The position numbers and the translations under genes are program-made. 59,169 nucleotides of DNA from IMG/VR virus record IMGVR_UViG_3300024328_000748, positions 1-59,169 of that record. One strand, 5' to 3'. The notes under the pieces were generated by a model. The model had not been told where the DNA came from, did not search any database, and worked only from the letters and a program-made list of their open reading frames with translations. Origin of the DNA: a virus. Lineage: Duplodnaviria; Caudoviricetes. Below are positions 39,222 through 48,936 of the stretch, in pieces; the stretch's first letter is position 1; every line of letters begins with the position of its first letter.

Positions 39222-39252
39222 GGTTGACAACCAAGACATCTTAGTGTATATT
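39222..39252 (+). promoter_or_regulatory. Early promoter (same family)
   Basis: GGTTGACAACCAAGACATCTTAGTGTATATT; one mismatch to the 35492 copy. Confidence 0.8.
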
Positions 39253-39284
39253 AGTAGTATAAGTTAACTAAAAAGGAATACAAT

Positions 39285-39521
39285 ATGTTAGACGCAAAAT
39301 TTATCCAAGCATTTGAAAAAGCTGCAACAAACCCAGAAAACATTGATGAGAACAATGAAGTTAATTGGAACTATGTTGATGCAGATATGCACTTAGATGG
39401 TATTGCTGATGCAATTGGTGAAAACTTTTATAGCTGGTTTAATGATATGGCTGATCAGTTTGAATTGAATCAAGCTGCAGATCGTTTGGAAGTATTGAAA
39501 ACAGATTATTTGGGACAATAA
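39285..39521 (+). CDS. Small acidic hypothetical protein
   Basis: AAGGA SD after the early promoter. Confidence 0.65.
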   Translation: MLDAKFIQAFEKAATNPENIDENNEVNWNYVDADMHLDGIADAIGENFYSWFNDMADQFELNQAADRLEVLKTDYLGQ

Positions 39522-39522
39522 T

Positions 39523-40029
39523 ATGGTAGTAGAATCAAAAATGTTTGCAACAGCGGCGCATGCCGCAGTAGGGCAAAAACGTAAATACTCAGGTGATGAT
39601 TACATTGTTCACCCACAACGGGTTGCTGCAATTGTAGAAAGGCATGGCGGGTCAGATGAAATGGTTGCCGCTGCATGGTTGCATGATACTGTAGAAGATA
39701 CAGATGTTACACTAGAGCTTATCACTAAAACGTTTGGTTATGAAATTGCAAGTATTGTCGAAGGTCTTACTGATGTTAGTTTGCCTAGTGATGGTAATCG
39801 AGCAAAGCGTAAATCAATTGACCGTATGCACAGTGCAAGTGCCTCAACTGAAGCACAGTTTGTAAAGTGTGCAGACATTATTGACAACAGTTGGGATATC
39901 GCTGAAAACGATCTTAGTTTTGCAAAAGTATATAAATCAGAAGTATTTCTTTTGTTAAATGCAATGACCAAAGTCAAGCATACTGAGATTTGGGAACAAG
40001 CAATGCAAAGCGTAGAGTTAATGCCTTAA
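39523..40029 (+). CDS. HD-domain (p)ppGpp hydrolase-like protein (SpoT/Mesh1 type)
   Basis: AH..GQKRKYSG..YIVHP, AAWLHDTVEDT, VEGLT, VKCADIIDN. Confidence 0.85.
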   Translation: MVVESKMFATAAHAAVGQKRKYSGDDYIVHPQRVAAIVERHGGSDEMVAAAWLHDTVEDTDVTLELITKTFGYEIASIVEGLTDVSLPSDGNRAKRKSIDRMHSASASTEAQFVKCADIIDNSWDIAENDLSFAKVYKSEVFLLLNAMTKVKHTEIWEQAMQSVELMP

Positions 40030-40051
40030 TTGGCATTAACTAAATACTTGT

Positions 40052-41026
40052 ATGCTTTACAAAGAAATAGATACAGTTGAGTTCGATCTCAATACAGTCT
40101 GTAATTCATACTGTCCTCCATGTCATCGATATACAGTTCAAGACGGTGAACTGTATCATAATCCATATGTAAAATTAGGTGTTAACTTAGAGCTTGATGT
40201 GATTGAGAAAGTATTCAGCAATGACCGTTTATCTGATGATTGTTTTGTTGATCTTGTTGGATTAGTGGGCGAGCCAATCGCACATCCAAATTTTATGGAA
40301 ATTATAGATATTATCTATAAGCATAGACCAAATGCAGCAATTAACTTACATACAAATGGTGGATTACGAACTGAAAAAATGTTCTATGATTTAGGTAAAA
40401 AGTTTAACAAGCATAGTTGGATTAAATTCTCATTAGATGGATTAGAAGATACAAACGGCATATATCGTATTGGCGTAGACTATAATAAAGTAGTAGCAAA
40501 CATGCGAGCATTTATAGATGGCGGCGGCCGAGCAATATGGAAATTTGTTACATTTAAATGGAACGAACATCAAGTAGAACAAGCAAAAGCGTTGTCAGAA
40601 GAATACGGCTGTGAAAATTTCCAACAAGATTGGGATGTTAATGATCAAGATATAGATACATTTATGGCTGCAGCCAATACAAAAATTAATAAAAAGGTAG
40701 CCTCAAGAGTAGCAGACTTTATTGAAGTACCAAAAAACAGATCACGTAAAATTAAAGATAGATGTTTTTCATATAAGAAAATATATGTAAATGCACATGG
40801 ATATGTTATTCCGTGTTGTATGTTTAATGGGTCATTTACATATGAATCTATGCGTGAACAAACTCTAAATTTTATTAAAGAAGATAGAGGCGAATATTGG
40901 AACAGTTTATATCACAATGACCTAGAAACTATAATGAGCGACACTTGGTGGCAAAAACTAAAAGATAGTTTTGAAACTGGTCCATGTGATATTTGTGTAA
41001 GCCAATGCGGTGTTAAATTAGATTGA
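40052..41026 (+). CDS. Radical SAM/SPASM protein, paralog of 34440-35474
   Basis: CNSYCPPC, VGLVGEP, HTNGGLR, GYVIPCC, CDICVSQC. Confidence 0.88.
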   Translation: MLYKEIDTVEFDLNTVCNSYCPPCHRYTVQDGELYHNPYVKLGVNLELDVIEKVFSNDRLSDDCFVDLVGLVGEPIAHPNFMEIIDIIYKHRPNAAINLHTNGGLRTEKMFYDLGKKFNKHSWIKFSLDGLEDTNGIYRIGVDYNKVVANMRAFIDGGGRAIWKFVTFKWNEHQVEQAKALSEEYGCENFQQDWDVNDQDIDTFMAAANTKINKKVASRVADFIEVPKNRSRKIKDRCFSYKKIYVNAHGYVIPCCMFNGSFTYESMREQTLNFIKEDRGEYWNSLYHNDLETIMSDTWWQKLKDSFETGPCDICVSQCGVKLD

Positions 41027-41072
41027 CTTAACCCATAAAATAGTGTATTATATATTATAACAAATAAAGGAA

Positions 41073-41303
41073 ATGACGATGATGTTAGAACTAATTAAAG
41101 ATCCGATAGTATGGGGCATGGGCCTATTTGTTTTTTTATGCGCCTGGCATAATTTTAGAGTTGGACATAGGCAAGGTGTTACAGAAGGTGTAGATGTAGT
41201 TTTACACATGCTTAGTGCAGAACAACTCATAGACTTAGAACATGGTGCAGACGGAGAGATTATTATTCACGCCAAAGATGGCAGTGCAAAAAAGAAAACA
41301 TAA
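41073..41303 (+). CDS. Small membrane protein
   Basis: One TM helix; AAGGA SD; TTGACT-N17-TATTAT upstream. Confidence 0.55.
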   Translation: MTMMLELIKDPIVWGMGLFVFLCAWHNFRVGHRQGVTEGVDVVLHMLSAEQLIDLEHGADGEIIIHAKDGSAKKKT

Positions 41304-41306
41304 TAG

Positions 41307-42146
41307 ATGTATAGTAAGCAACAATTATTAGATAAACAAAAGACTGCCGCACTTGCATTAGAAAAATCACAAGCATTGGAAACAAAGTTTGCTGACAGAT
41401 TTGAAATGGCAAAGTCTTTGTTTGCAGTATTAGATAAAGAACTTTTTATCGAATGCAATGATATTGATGAAAATGATCCTTATAATATTGAACCATGGCA
41501 AGATGAAGATGTACCCGATAAAAGCTATGCATGGAAACATCAAGGACCTGTATTTGGGTTTGATATAGACACTATGGTTGGACCAGAAAGCTGGTACGAT
41601 GAAACATGTGGTGTAGATGATTATGTATTGCGTAGAAAATGTTACATATATGATTGGACTGCTGATAAGCTACAAGCAGACTTTCCTGAACTAAAATATT
41701 TTACAGATTTACACAAAGAATTTGTTCCAGTGTTGCAACATTATTATAATGAATGCTTTGAGGACCAACATGTAGATGTTGCAAAAACTTTACATAAACT
41801 TATGGTTATTGAATATTCGCATCCAACTGCAAACGCAGGCAATATTATAGATCATAAAAAACACAACACAGATAGATTTGGCGATATACATTGTGACGAA
41901 ACATTAGGCGGATTACACTTAGGTGAAAACGTAGTAGAGTTTTACATAGAAGACCACATAACTACAGAACGTAAATATGTAAAAGAACTATCAGAGAATA
42001 ATACATTATGGTTCTTTGGTGAGTTTAGTGAACGCAGTGGGTGGCAACCTAGTATGCACGGAATGAAGCATAACCCAAGTGATGATACTTGGAAAAGATA
42101 TAGTATAATTTTTGATTTACAAGCAAGATATAACGGAGAAGAATAA
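41307..42146 (+). CDS. 2OG-Fe(II) oxygenase (IPNS-like motif)
   Basis: HCD...MHG...RYS. Confidence 0.6.
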   Translation: MYSKQQLLDKQKTAALALEKSQALETKFADRFEMAKSLFAVLDKELFIECNDIDENDPYNIEPWQDEDVPDKSYAWKHQGPVFGFDIDTMVGPESWYDETCGVDDYVLRRKCYIYDWTADKLQADFPELKYFTDLHKEFVPVLQHYYNECFEDQHVDVAKTLHKLMVIEYSHPTANAGNIIDHKKHNTDRFGDIHCDETLGGLHLGENVVEFYIEDHITTERKYVKELSENNTLWFFGEFSERSGWQPSMHGMKHNPSDDTWKRYSIIFDLQARYNGEE

Positions 42147-42147
42147 A

Positions 42148-42738
42148 ATGGCATTAGTACCAATGGTGGTCGAACAAACAGGCCGCGGAGAAAGAAGTTA
42201 CGATATTTACAGTCGTCTATTAAAAGATCGTATTGTAATGTTAACTGGAGAAGTAAACGACATGACTGCTAATTTAGTAGTTGCACAGATGTTGTTTTTA
42301 GAATCACAGAATAATAGCGATCCTATTAATTTTTATATTAACAGTCCAGGTGGTGCAGTTACAGCCGGTCTTGGAATATACGATACAATGCAGTTTATTA
42401 AATCTCCAGTAAGCACAATTGTAATGGGTCAAGCATGTAGCATGGGTAGTTTCCTTGCTATGGCAGGCGAAGCTGGACAACGTTTAGTATTGCCAAACTC
42501 ACGCACAATGATTCACCAACCAAGTGGTGGCGCAGGTGGACAAGCAACTGACATGGAAATTCAAGTACAAGAAATTCTTAAGATGAAAAAGAACCTAACA
42601 GAAACTTATGTCAAACATAACAGTGTAGGTAAAACGTATGACGAATTGGCAGCGGCTATGGAACGTGATAACTTTATGTCAGCACAAGAGGCAGTAGACT
42701 TTGGATTAGCTGATAAAGTTATAGAAAGAAAACCATAG
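42148..42738 (+). CDS. clpP: ATP-dependent Clp protease proteolytic subunit
   Basis: [10 protein letters not shown]...[19 protein letters not shown] (Ser), MIHQP (His), ERDNFM (Asp). Confidence 0.96.
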   Translation: MALVPMVVEQTGRGERSYDIYSRLLKDRIVMLTGEVNDMTANLVVAQMLFLESQNNSDPINFYINSPGGAVTAGLGIYDTMQFIKSPVSTIVMGQACSMGSFLAMAGEAGQRLVLPNSRTMIHQPSGGAGGQATDMEIQVQEILKMKKNLTETYVKHNSVGKTYDELAAAMERDNFMSAQEAVDFGLADKVIERKP

Positions 42739-42773
42739 CGTTAAGTTAGTTATATTTTTGTATAAATACTTAT

Positions 42774-43472
42774 ATGAAAATATACGACATACTAGAAAAT
42801 CATCAAATTGAAGAAGGTCCAAACGACCCAGCCATATTTAAGGCTGTGTTTTTAGCTGGCGGTCCTGGTTCTGGTAAGAGTTATGTAGCAACAAAGATAC
42901 TCAGTGGACTAGGATTAAAACCAGTTAACAGTGATGAGATATATGAATACTTAGCATACAAGCAAGATCTTGATTTGGGAAATCCAGATGAAGTTGCTAG
43001 TGACCAAGGACAAGAAGTGCGTGATCGTGCAAAACAACTTACTGATAAAAGACAAAACATATACATTGATGGTCGTATTGGATTGATTATTGATGGCACA
43101 GGTAAAGACGTGCAAAAGGTAAAAGATCAAAGTGAGAAATTAAAAACTTTAGGATACGAATGTTCAATGATATTCGTTAACACTAATTTACAAGTAGCAC
43201 AAGAACGTAATGCTGCAAGAGCTAGAACAATACCAGCCGACATGGTACAAACTATGTGGCAAAAAGTCCAAGAAAACATTATGAAGTTCCAACAAGTATT
43301 TGGTGCAAAAAACTTTCATGTTGTAGATAATAGCGGTGGATTAGAAGATCCAGAACGCAAGGAAAACTTTGATAATGTATACAAGAGTATTAGAGCATTT
43401 ACTTCTTCAGAACCAAGTAGTCATATTGCTAAAAAATGGCTAGATAATGCAAAAAGTAAAAATACTACTTAA
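42774..43472 (+). CDS. P-loop kinase (zeta toxin/AAA_33-like)
   Basis: GGPGSGKS, NSD, IIDGTG, RNAAR. Confidence 0.75.
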   Translation: MKIYDILENHQIEEGPNDPAIFKAVFLAGGPGSGKSYVATKILSGLGLKPVNSDEIYEYLAYKQDLDLGNPDEVASDQGQEVRDRAKQLTDKRQNIYIDGRIGLIIDGTGKDVQKVKDQSEKLKTLGYECSMIFVNTNLQVAQERNAARARTIPADMVQTMWQKVQENIMKFQQVFGAKNFHVVDNSGGLEDPERKENFDNVYKSIRAFTSSEPSSHIAKKWLDNAKSKNTT

Positions 43473-43548
43473 ATACCCCCAAAAAGTGATAAATATATAG
43501 TAACAGCGTCTTTGTTGGCGTGAATTAATTAAGGCATACGGATTTAAC

Positions 43549-43896
43549 ATGTATACATATAAAGCAAAACTTATTCGTATTGTCGATGGCGATACTATTG
43601 ACGCAGAGATAGATCTTGGGTTTGATACTATTGTTCGTAAGCGAATAAGATTATTCGGAATTGATACACCTGAAACAAAAACTAAGGACATGAACGAAAA
43701 GACAAAAGGACTTGCAGCAAAGCAAAGACTTACTGAACTTTTAAATAGCGAGTTTGTAGTAGAAACAATTCTAAACAAACGAGGCAAATATGGTCGTGTT
43801 CTAGGAGTAGTATACAATCTATTAGACGATAACAAACGATTGAATATTAACGAAGCTTTGGTAGACGAAGGACACGCTGTTAAGTATCTATTTTAA
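43549..43896 (+). CDS. Staphylococcal nuclease-like (thermonuclease) protein
   Basis: VDGDTID, RIRLFGIDTPE, KYGRVL, LVDEGHA. Confidence 0.88.
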   Translation: MYTYKAKLIRIVDGDTIDAEIDLGFDTIVRKRIRLFGIDTPETKTKDMNEKTKGLAAKQRLTELLNSEFVVETILNKRGKYGRVLGVVYNLLDDNKRLNINEALVDEGHAVKYLF

Positions 43897-43918
43897 ATAG
43901 AGCAGTGGGAGAATTATT

Positions 43919-45514
43919 ATGAGATTATTTGGTTATTGGACAATTTTAGTAGCACTTGTTATTAGTGCAATCGCGGCATGGTATAGTATTATAGGCCTTG
44001 TTGCAATTTTCGCCGCCGCAGTAATGCCAGTTATTATAATGGGAACAGCATTAGAAATTGGTAAAATCACATCAGCTATATGGCTACACTTTAACTGGAA
44101 AACTAAACGATGGATGATAAAATCATACTTGGTTTTTGCAGTTGCATTGCTTATGTTTATTACAAGCATGGGTATTTTTGGATTCCTATCAAAAGCACAC
44201 GTAGAACAAAACGCATCTATGTTAGAAGGTGTTGCACAACTAGAACGTATTGAAGTAGAAATTACACGTGCCGAAGGTGAGATAGAACGTGCTGAAGGTA
44301 AAATTGAAAAACTTTCAACAGCAGATACAAGCACAGATGATGGCATACAAGAAAAGATTAGAGTAGCAGAACAAAGTATAACAACTGTATACGATAGATT
44401 AAAAGACGATATTAAATTTACACAAGACTCATTAGCAACAGCAGCCGAACCATATGAGAAGCAAGCCGAACAAGCAGACGCTACACTAGAAAAAATGAAT
44501 ACTTATGTTGAGGAAAACAACATAAGAGCATTACAAGGTTTAGTAGGTGCTGCACAAGACGGAAGAATGGGAACCAAGACAGCTGATAAAGTTACAGAAT
44601 TCCGTGACAAAATTGAAAAGAGCAGAATGATGGCTCTATTCCAACTTGGAAAAATCAGAGAATCATCACAGGAAGATATTGTTAAATTAAGAGAAGCAGC
44701 AGACAAAACAATAGCACAAACAAATGAACTTATTAATCGTTTGCGTGAGCAATTGGGAACAGCAACAGATACAGATGTTGAACCACAGATACAAGAATTA
44801 CAAGTTAAAATTAAAGATTTTGAACTAAATTTAGATACACTGTTTGAACAAAAGTATGCTATAGAAGCCGAAAGTAGAGAACTTGAAGCTGAAGTAGGTC
44901 CTGTAAAATATATTGCAGAGTTAGTATACGGAGAAGAAGCAAATAGAGACACACTAGAAGATGCAGTTAGATGGGTAATACTTATACTTGTTGTAGTATT
45001 CGATCCACTTGCAATCGTATTAGTTATCTCAGGTATAGCTCTTGTTGAAGAAAACCCTAGAAAAAAGAGGATACGTAATGAGCAACCACATACAGAAAAT
45101 GCAAAAAAAGAGACCAAGTTGGTGGAAAAAACTATCAAAAAAGATACCACCAAAAAAGATAATACAACACCTGAAGAACAAATAGAGTCTAAAAAAAAGA
45201 CAATAAAACCTGAGGCTATTGAGTTCCAAGGAAAAGTATATCAACCCACACATTATAACTATCAACGTATCAAAGAACAGATAGAACAAAACGACAGACA
45301 TCGCAGTATTGAAGCCAGACAAGAGATGGTAAATAATATTGTAGGCAGATTAGAAATAACTGATCCTAAGAAGTTTGACGATGTAGATATTGTTAAAAAG
45401 CAATTAGAACAAATCTTTGAAGACGACCAAAAAGAAGCAGAAAGATTAGCTAATGCAGATACTAAACATATACTTGAAGTATATGAAAAGATAATTAAGG
45501 GCACTAAGAAATAA
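43919..45514 (+). CDS. Membrane protein with long coiled coil
   Basis: Three N-terminal TM segments, coiled coil, EVGPVKYIA, TM with VFDPLA. Confidence 0.7.
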   Translation: MRLFGYWTILVALVISAIAAWYSIIGLVAIFAAAVMPVIIMGTALEIGKITSAIWLHFNWKTKRWMIKSYLVFAVALLMFITSMGIFGFLSKAHVEQNASMLEGVAQLERIEVEITRAEGEIERAEGKIEKLSTADTSTDDGIQEKIRVAEQSITTVYDRLKDDIKFTQDSLATAAEPYEKQAEQADATLEKMNTYVEENNIRALQGLVGAAQDGRMGTKTADKVTEFRDKIEKSRMMALFQLGKIRESSQEDIVKLREAADKTIAQTNELINRLREQLGTATDTDVEPQIQELQVKIKDFELNLDTLFEQKYAIEAESRELEAEVGPVKYIAELVYGEEANRDTLEDAVRWVILILVVVFDPLAIVLVISGIALVEENPRKKRIRNEQPHTENAKKETKLVEKTIKKDTTKKDNTTPEEQIESKKKTIKPEAIEFQGKVYQPTHYNYQRIKEQIEQNDRHRSIEARQEMVNNIVGRLEITDPKKFDDVDIVKKQLEQIFEDDQKEAERLANADTKHILEVYEKIIKGTKK

Positions 45515-45517
45515 TTA

Positions 45518-45970
45518 ATGAAACTAGATGATAATAGCAGTTATACAGTAACCGCACCAGATTTATTCCTTTCTGAAAATGGAGTAAACGTCTTAATAAC
45601 AAGTACAAACGAAGAACTAGTTAACGGAATCAAATTATTATTTGAAAAGTTTATCAGAACAAGTGTCATCTTTAACGTACAACTTACACAATCAGACCCA
45701 GCAACTATGCCTTGGATGTGGCACGTAAGTAGAACATGCGAATATATGGTTGTTGACCTTGATACATGTGCATGGGAAGATATAATGGCTGCACTATTAA
45801 AAACAAAAACGCCTAACCATACTGTAGTATTTTATGCAGAAAAACGAGTAAGACGAGAAGCAATAAAATTAATCAATGCAACCAGTAAGTACATTACTAT
45901 TACTAACTTAGAAGAATTAAATAAATTTTTAGATATAGATACTAGGTACCCAGGCATGACAGATGAGTAA
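45518..45970 (+). CDS. Hypothetical protein
   Basis: ORF in the operon upstream of clpX. Confidence 0.6.
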   Translation: MKLDDNSSYTVTAPDLFLSENGVNVLITSTNEELVNGIKLLFEKFIRTSVIFNVQLTQSDPATMPWMWHVSRTCEYMVVDLDTCAWEDIMAALLKTKTPNHTVVFYAEKRVRREAIKLINATSKYITITNLEELNKFLDIDTRYPGMTDE

Positions 45971-47162
45971 TCCATACTGTAATTTTTGCGGTAAAAACAA
46001 ACATCAAACCAAAAAATTATTAGCCGGTAATGATGGAACGCATATCTGTGACGGGTGTGTGGATCTTTGTCACGACATTCTAATTAAAGAAAAAGCTAAA
46101 ACTAGCGGCACACCGGAGCAAGCAACACGCCTTAAGCTACCTACACCAACAGAACTACACGAACACTTAAATAGATATGTAATAGGACAAACCTCCGCTA
46201 AAAAGACGCTTAGTGTAGCTGTATACAACCACTACAAGCGTATTAAGAACACTACACAAGTAAAGCTTCAAAAGAATAATGTGTTAATTGCAGGTCCTAC
46301 AGGAACAGGTAAAACACTTATTGCTTCTACACTAGCATCATATTTAGATGTTCCATTTGTAGTTACAGATGCAACAACAATAACTGAAAGCGGATATGCT
46401 GGTGATGACTCTGAAGTGTTAATAGATAAACTATTACAAGCTGCAGATTATGATATAGAAAAAGCACAATTAGGTATTATATACGTAGACGAAATTGATA
46501 AAAAAGCAAAGCGAAATGATATGGTAAGTCTAAGTCGAGATGTATCAGGCGAAGGTGTACAACAGAGCTTGCTAAAATTAATGGAAGGTGTTACAATAAC
46601 AGTACCAAACAAACACGGAGATCATCCAGAAAAAGTAGATATAGATACTACTAATATATTGTTTATAGTGGGTGGTGCATTTATAGGATTAGACGATATA
46701 GTAAAACAACGTGTTGGTAAAGGTAGAATCGGATTTAATGATGATAACCAGTCAAAGCTAGATAATTGGGAATTGCATTTACAAACACCTGACTTAGTCA
46801 AGTATGGACTTATACCTGAATTTGTAGGAAGATTGCCAAGTGTTAATGTTTTACACCAATTAACCAAAGAAGAATTGATAAAAATACTAACAGAACCACA
46901 AGATTCAATAATAGATCAAATAAAAGTGCTTTTTTCACTTGACAAAATACAAATAGAGTTTAATATAAAAGCATTAGAGGAAATTGCCTCTATTGCAATA
47001 GAACAAGACCTCGGTGCTAGAGGGTTAAGAAAGATACTGGATGCAGCACTTGTTGAAACACAATACCAGTTACCACAACTAAGAGAAAGCGGAGTGACAA
47101 AAATTATAATAACAGATAAAGTAATCAGCGATGGACATATGCCATTAATGGTTAAAGGGTAA
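45963..47162 (+). CDS. clpX: ATP-dependent Clp protease ATP-binding subunit
   Basis: C4 zinc finger, GPTGTGKT, DEIDK, RDVSGEGVQQ, IGF loop, GARGL. Confidence 0.96.
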   Translation: MSNPYCNFCGKNKHQTKKLLAGNDGTHICDGCVDLCHDILIKEKAKTSGTPEQATRLKLPTPTELHEHLNRYVIGQTSAKKTLSVAVYNHYKRIKNTTQVKLQKNNVLIAGPTGTGKTLIASTLASYLDVPFVVTDATTITESGYAGDDSEVLIDKLLQAADYDIEKAQLGIIYVDEIDKKAKRNDMVSLSRDVSGEGVQQSLLKLMEGVTITVPNKHGDHPEKVDIDTTNILFIVGGAFIGLDDIVKQRVGKGRIGFNDDNQSKLDNWELHLQTPDLVKYGLIPEFVGRLPSVNVLHQLTKEELIKILTEPQDSIIDQIKVLFSLDKIQIEFNIKALEEIASIAIEQDLGARGLRKILDAALVETQYQLPQLRESGVTKIIITDKVISDGHMPLMVKG

Positions 47163-47163
47163 T

Positions 47164-47682
47164 ATGAGAAAACCACATAGCCCACATAACAAATTTCGTG
47201 TTACATCAAATGATCAAATACGATACAAAGAAGTAAGAGTAATTGCACGTGAACAAGAAAGTGTAGTTATGGCAACAAAAGATGCATTAAATTCTGCAAG
47301 AAATCAAGGACTAGATCTAATCCTTATTAATGATAAAGCTAATCCACCATTGTGTAGAATCGTAGAAATGAATAAATACTTATACGAACAGAAACAAAAA
47401 GAAAAAGCAGAGAAAAAGCGCCAACGTGAGAATTTAACAGATCAAAAAGAAATACGTATGGGGTTAAATATTGATGTACATGATCTACAAACAAAGGCTA
47501 ATCATGCCAAAAAGTTTTTAGAGCAAAAAGCAAAAGTCACGGTGACAATTGTGTTAAAAGGCCGCGAAAGAGGCAAACAAGACATGGCAAGAGATCTATT
47601 GAATAGCTTCGCTGAATTATTAGAAGCTGAGTATGAAACGATAAATAGTCAAAACAATAGAGTAATTGGACGTGTAAAATAG
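47164..47682 (+). CDS. infC: Translation initiation factor IF3
   Basis: NDQIR..EVRVI, GLDLILI...PPLCRI, KEIR, HDLQTK, KGRE. Confidence 0.9.
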   Translation: MRKPHSPHNKFRVTSNDQIRYKEVRVIAREQESVVMATKDALNSARNQGLDLILINDKANPPLCRIVEMNKYLYEQKQKEKAEKKRQRENLTDQKEIRMGLNIDVHDLQTKANHAKKFLEQKAKVTVTIVLKGRERGKQDMARDLLNSFAELLEAEYETINSQNNRVIGRVK

Positions 47683-47689
47683 GTAATAA

Positions 47690-47971
47690 ATGGCGAAGTA
47701 TAATAACAACAACTATTCTCGAGATAGAAACAAAAATAACAGAGACGATAAGAATTACGGATTATCTGTCGAAGTAAGAAACAACAACGTAGAACAAGCA
47801 ATGCGTAAGTTGAAAAAGAAAATAATGAATGATGGCATGTTACAAGAATTACGTGAACGCCAGCATTTTGTAAGTAATACAGAAAAGCGATTAAAGGCCG
47901 AGGCTGCGGCTCGTGCCAGACATCGTAAACGTATAGCCAAAGATAGTATCGAAAAGAAAAGGCTATACTAA
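47690..47971 (+). CDS. rpsU: 30S ribosomal protein bS21 with N-terminal extension
   Basis: VEVRNNNVEQAMRKLKKK...GMLQELRERQHF...EKR. Confidence 0.85.
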   Translation: MAKYNNNNYSRDRNKNNRDDKNYGLSVEVRNNNVEQAMRKLKKKIMNDGMLQELRERQHFVSNTEKRLKAEAAARARHRKRIAKDSIEKKRLY

Positions 47972-48005
47972 ACAGAATTTGTATACATGTAGTATACGAA
48001 TAGGC

Positions 48006-48057
48006 GGGATGCCGAAAGGGTCCCATAATTAACATCTTGCTTAAAAGGAGATAAAAG
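48006..48057 (+). promoter_or_regulatory. ROSE-like RNA thermometer in the hsp20 leader
   Basis: Hairpin GGGAT-GCCGAAAGG-GTCCC, then ATCTTGCT pairing with the SD AGGAGAT with a bulged G. Confidence 0.6.
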
Positions 48058-48498
48058 ATGAAAACATTAACAACACTTGATCTAAATAAGATCACACCAT
48101 ATGCAGTTGGATTTGACAGAATTATTTCTGACATGTTTCAATATGCAGAAAATAACGTAGCAAGCACAGGCTACCCACCATATAACATTCGTAAAGAAGG
48201 TGACAAATTTCAAATTGAAATTGCACTAGCTGGAGTTACTAAAGAAGATTTAGATATTACAGCAGAAGGTGGAAAGCTAACAATCGCATACAATCCAGAA
48301 GAAGTAGAACCAACAGTTGAAGAAGCAATGACTGAATGGTTGCACAAAGGTATTGCACAGCGTAAGTTCAAACGAGTTTGGACACTTGCAGATGATGTAG
48401 TTGTAAACGGTGCTCAGATGGAAAACGGAATGCTTTATATTGAATTAGAGCGTATCGTGCCAGAAGAGAAAAAAGCACGTTCAATTAAAATCAAGTAA
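48058..48498 (+). CDS. Small heat shock protein Hsp20 (IbpA-like)
   Basis: GFDR, YPPYNI, IALAG, HKGIAQRKF, NGMLYIELER. Confidence 0.93.
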   Translation: MKTLTTLDLNKITPYAVGFDRIISDMFQYAENNVASTGYPPYNIRKEGDKFQIEIALAGVTKEDLDITAEGGKLTIAYNPEEVEPTVEEAMTEWLHKGIAQRKFKRVWTLADDVVVNGAQMENGMLYIELERIVPEEKKARSIKIK

Positions 48499-48513
48499 AT
48501 ACTAACGTTAACG

Positions 48514-48540
48514 GTGTAGGGGGTTATCCCCTACACTTTA
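48514..48540 (+). terminator. Hairpin / probable terminator after hsp20
   Basis: GTGTAGGGG-GTTAT-CCCCTACAC with a short T tail. Confidence 0.6.
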
Positions 48541-48563
48541 CAAACTAACTTAAAAGGTAAAAC

Positions 48564-48872
48564 ATGTCATCGACACAATCAACAAATGAAGCAGTAGTAG
48601 AAAAACAAAGAGTAACAGCACCTAATAAATATATGGTTATTTTTCTAAATGACAACGTAACACCTATGGAATATGTTATACAGGTATTGATGACATATTT
48701 TAATAAAACCACAGAACAAGCGAACGAAATTACATTAGAAGTTCACGAAAAAGGCAGATCAATTGCTGGTGCTTATAGTTACGAAGTAGCAGAACAAAAA
48801 TGTATTGAAACAGTTACAGACGCAAGAAAACATAACTACCCACTTGATGTAGTTATGGAAGAATCAGCCTAA
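48564..48872 (+). CDS. clpS: N-degron adaptor ClpS
   Basis: YMVIFLNDNVTPMEYV, LEVHEKG, YEVAEQK, YPL. Confidence 0.92.
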   Translation: MSSTQSTNEAVVEKQRVTAPNKYMVIFLNDNVTPMEYVIQVLMTYFNKTTEQANEITLEVHEKGRSIAGAYSYEVAEQKCIETVTDARKHNYPLDVVMEESA

Positions 48873-48880
48873 AAAAACAT

Positions 48881-48909
48881 TTGACAACTTAAACATTTGA
48901 TGTTATAAT
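48881..48909 (+). promoter_or_regulatory. Sigma70-type promoter
   Basis: TTGACA-N17-TATAAT. Confidence 0.7.
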
Positions 48910-48936
48910 ACATATAACGAATGAGGTATTCTGACT

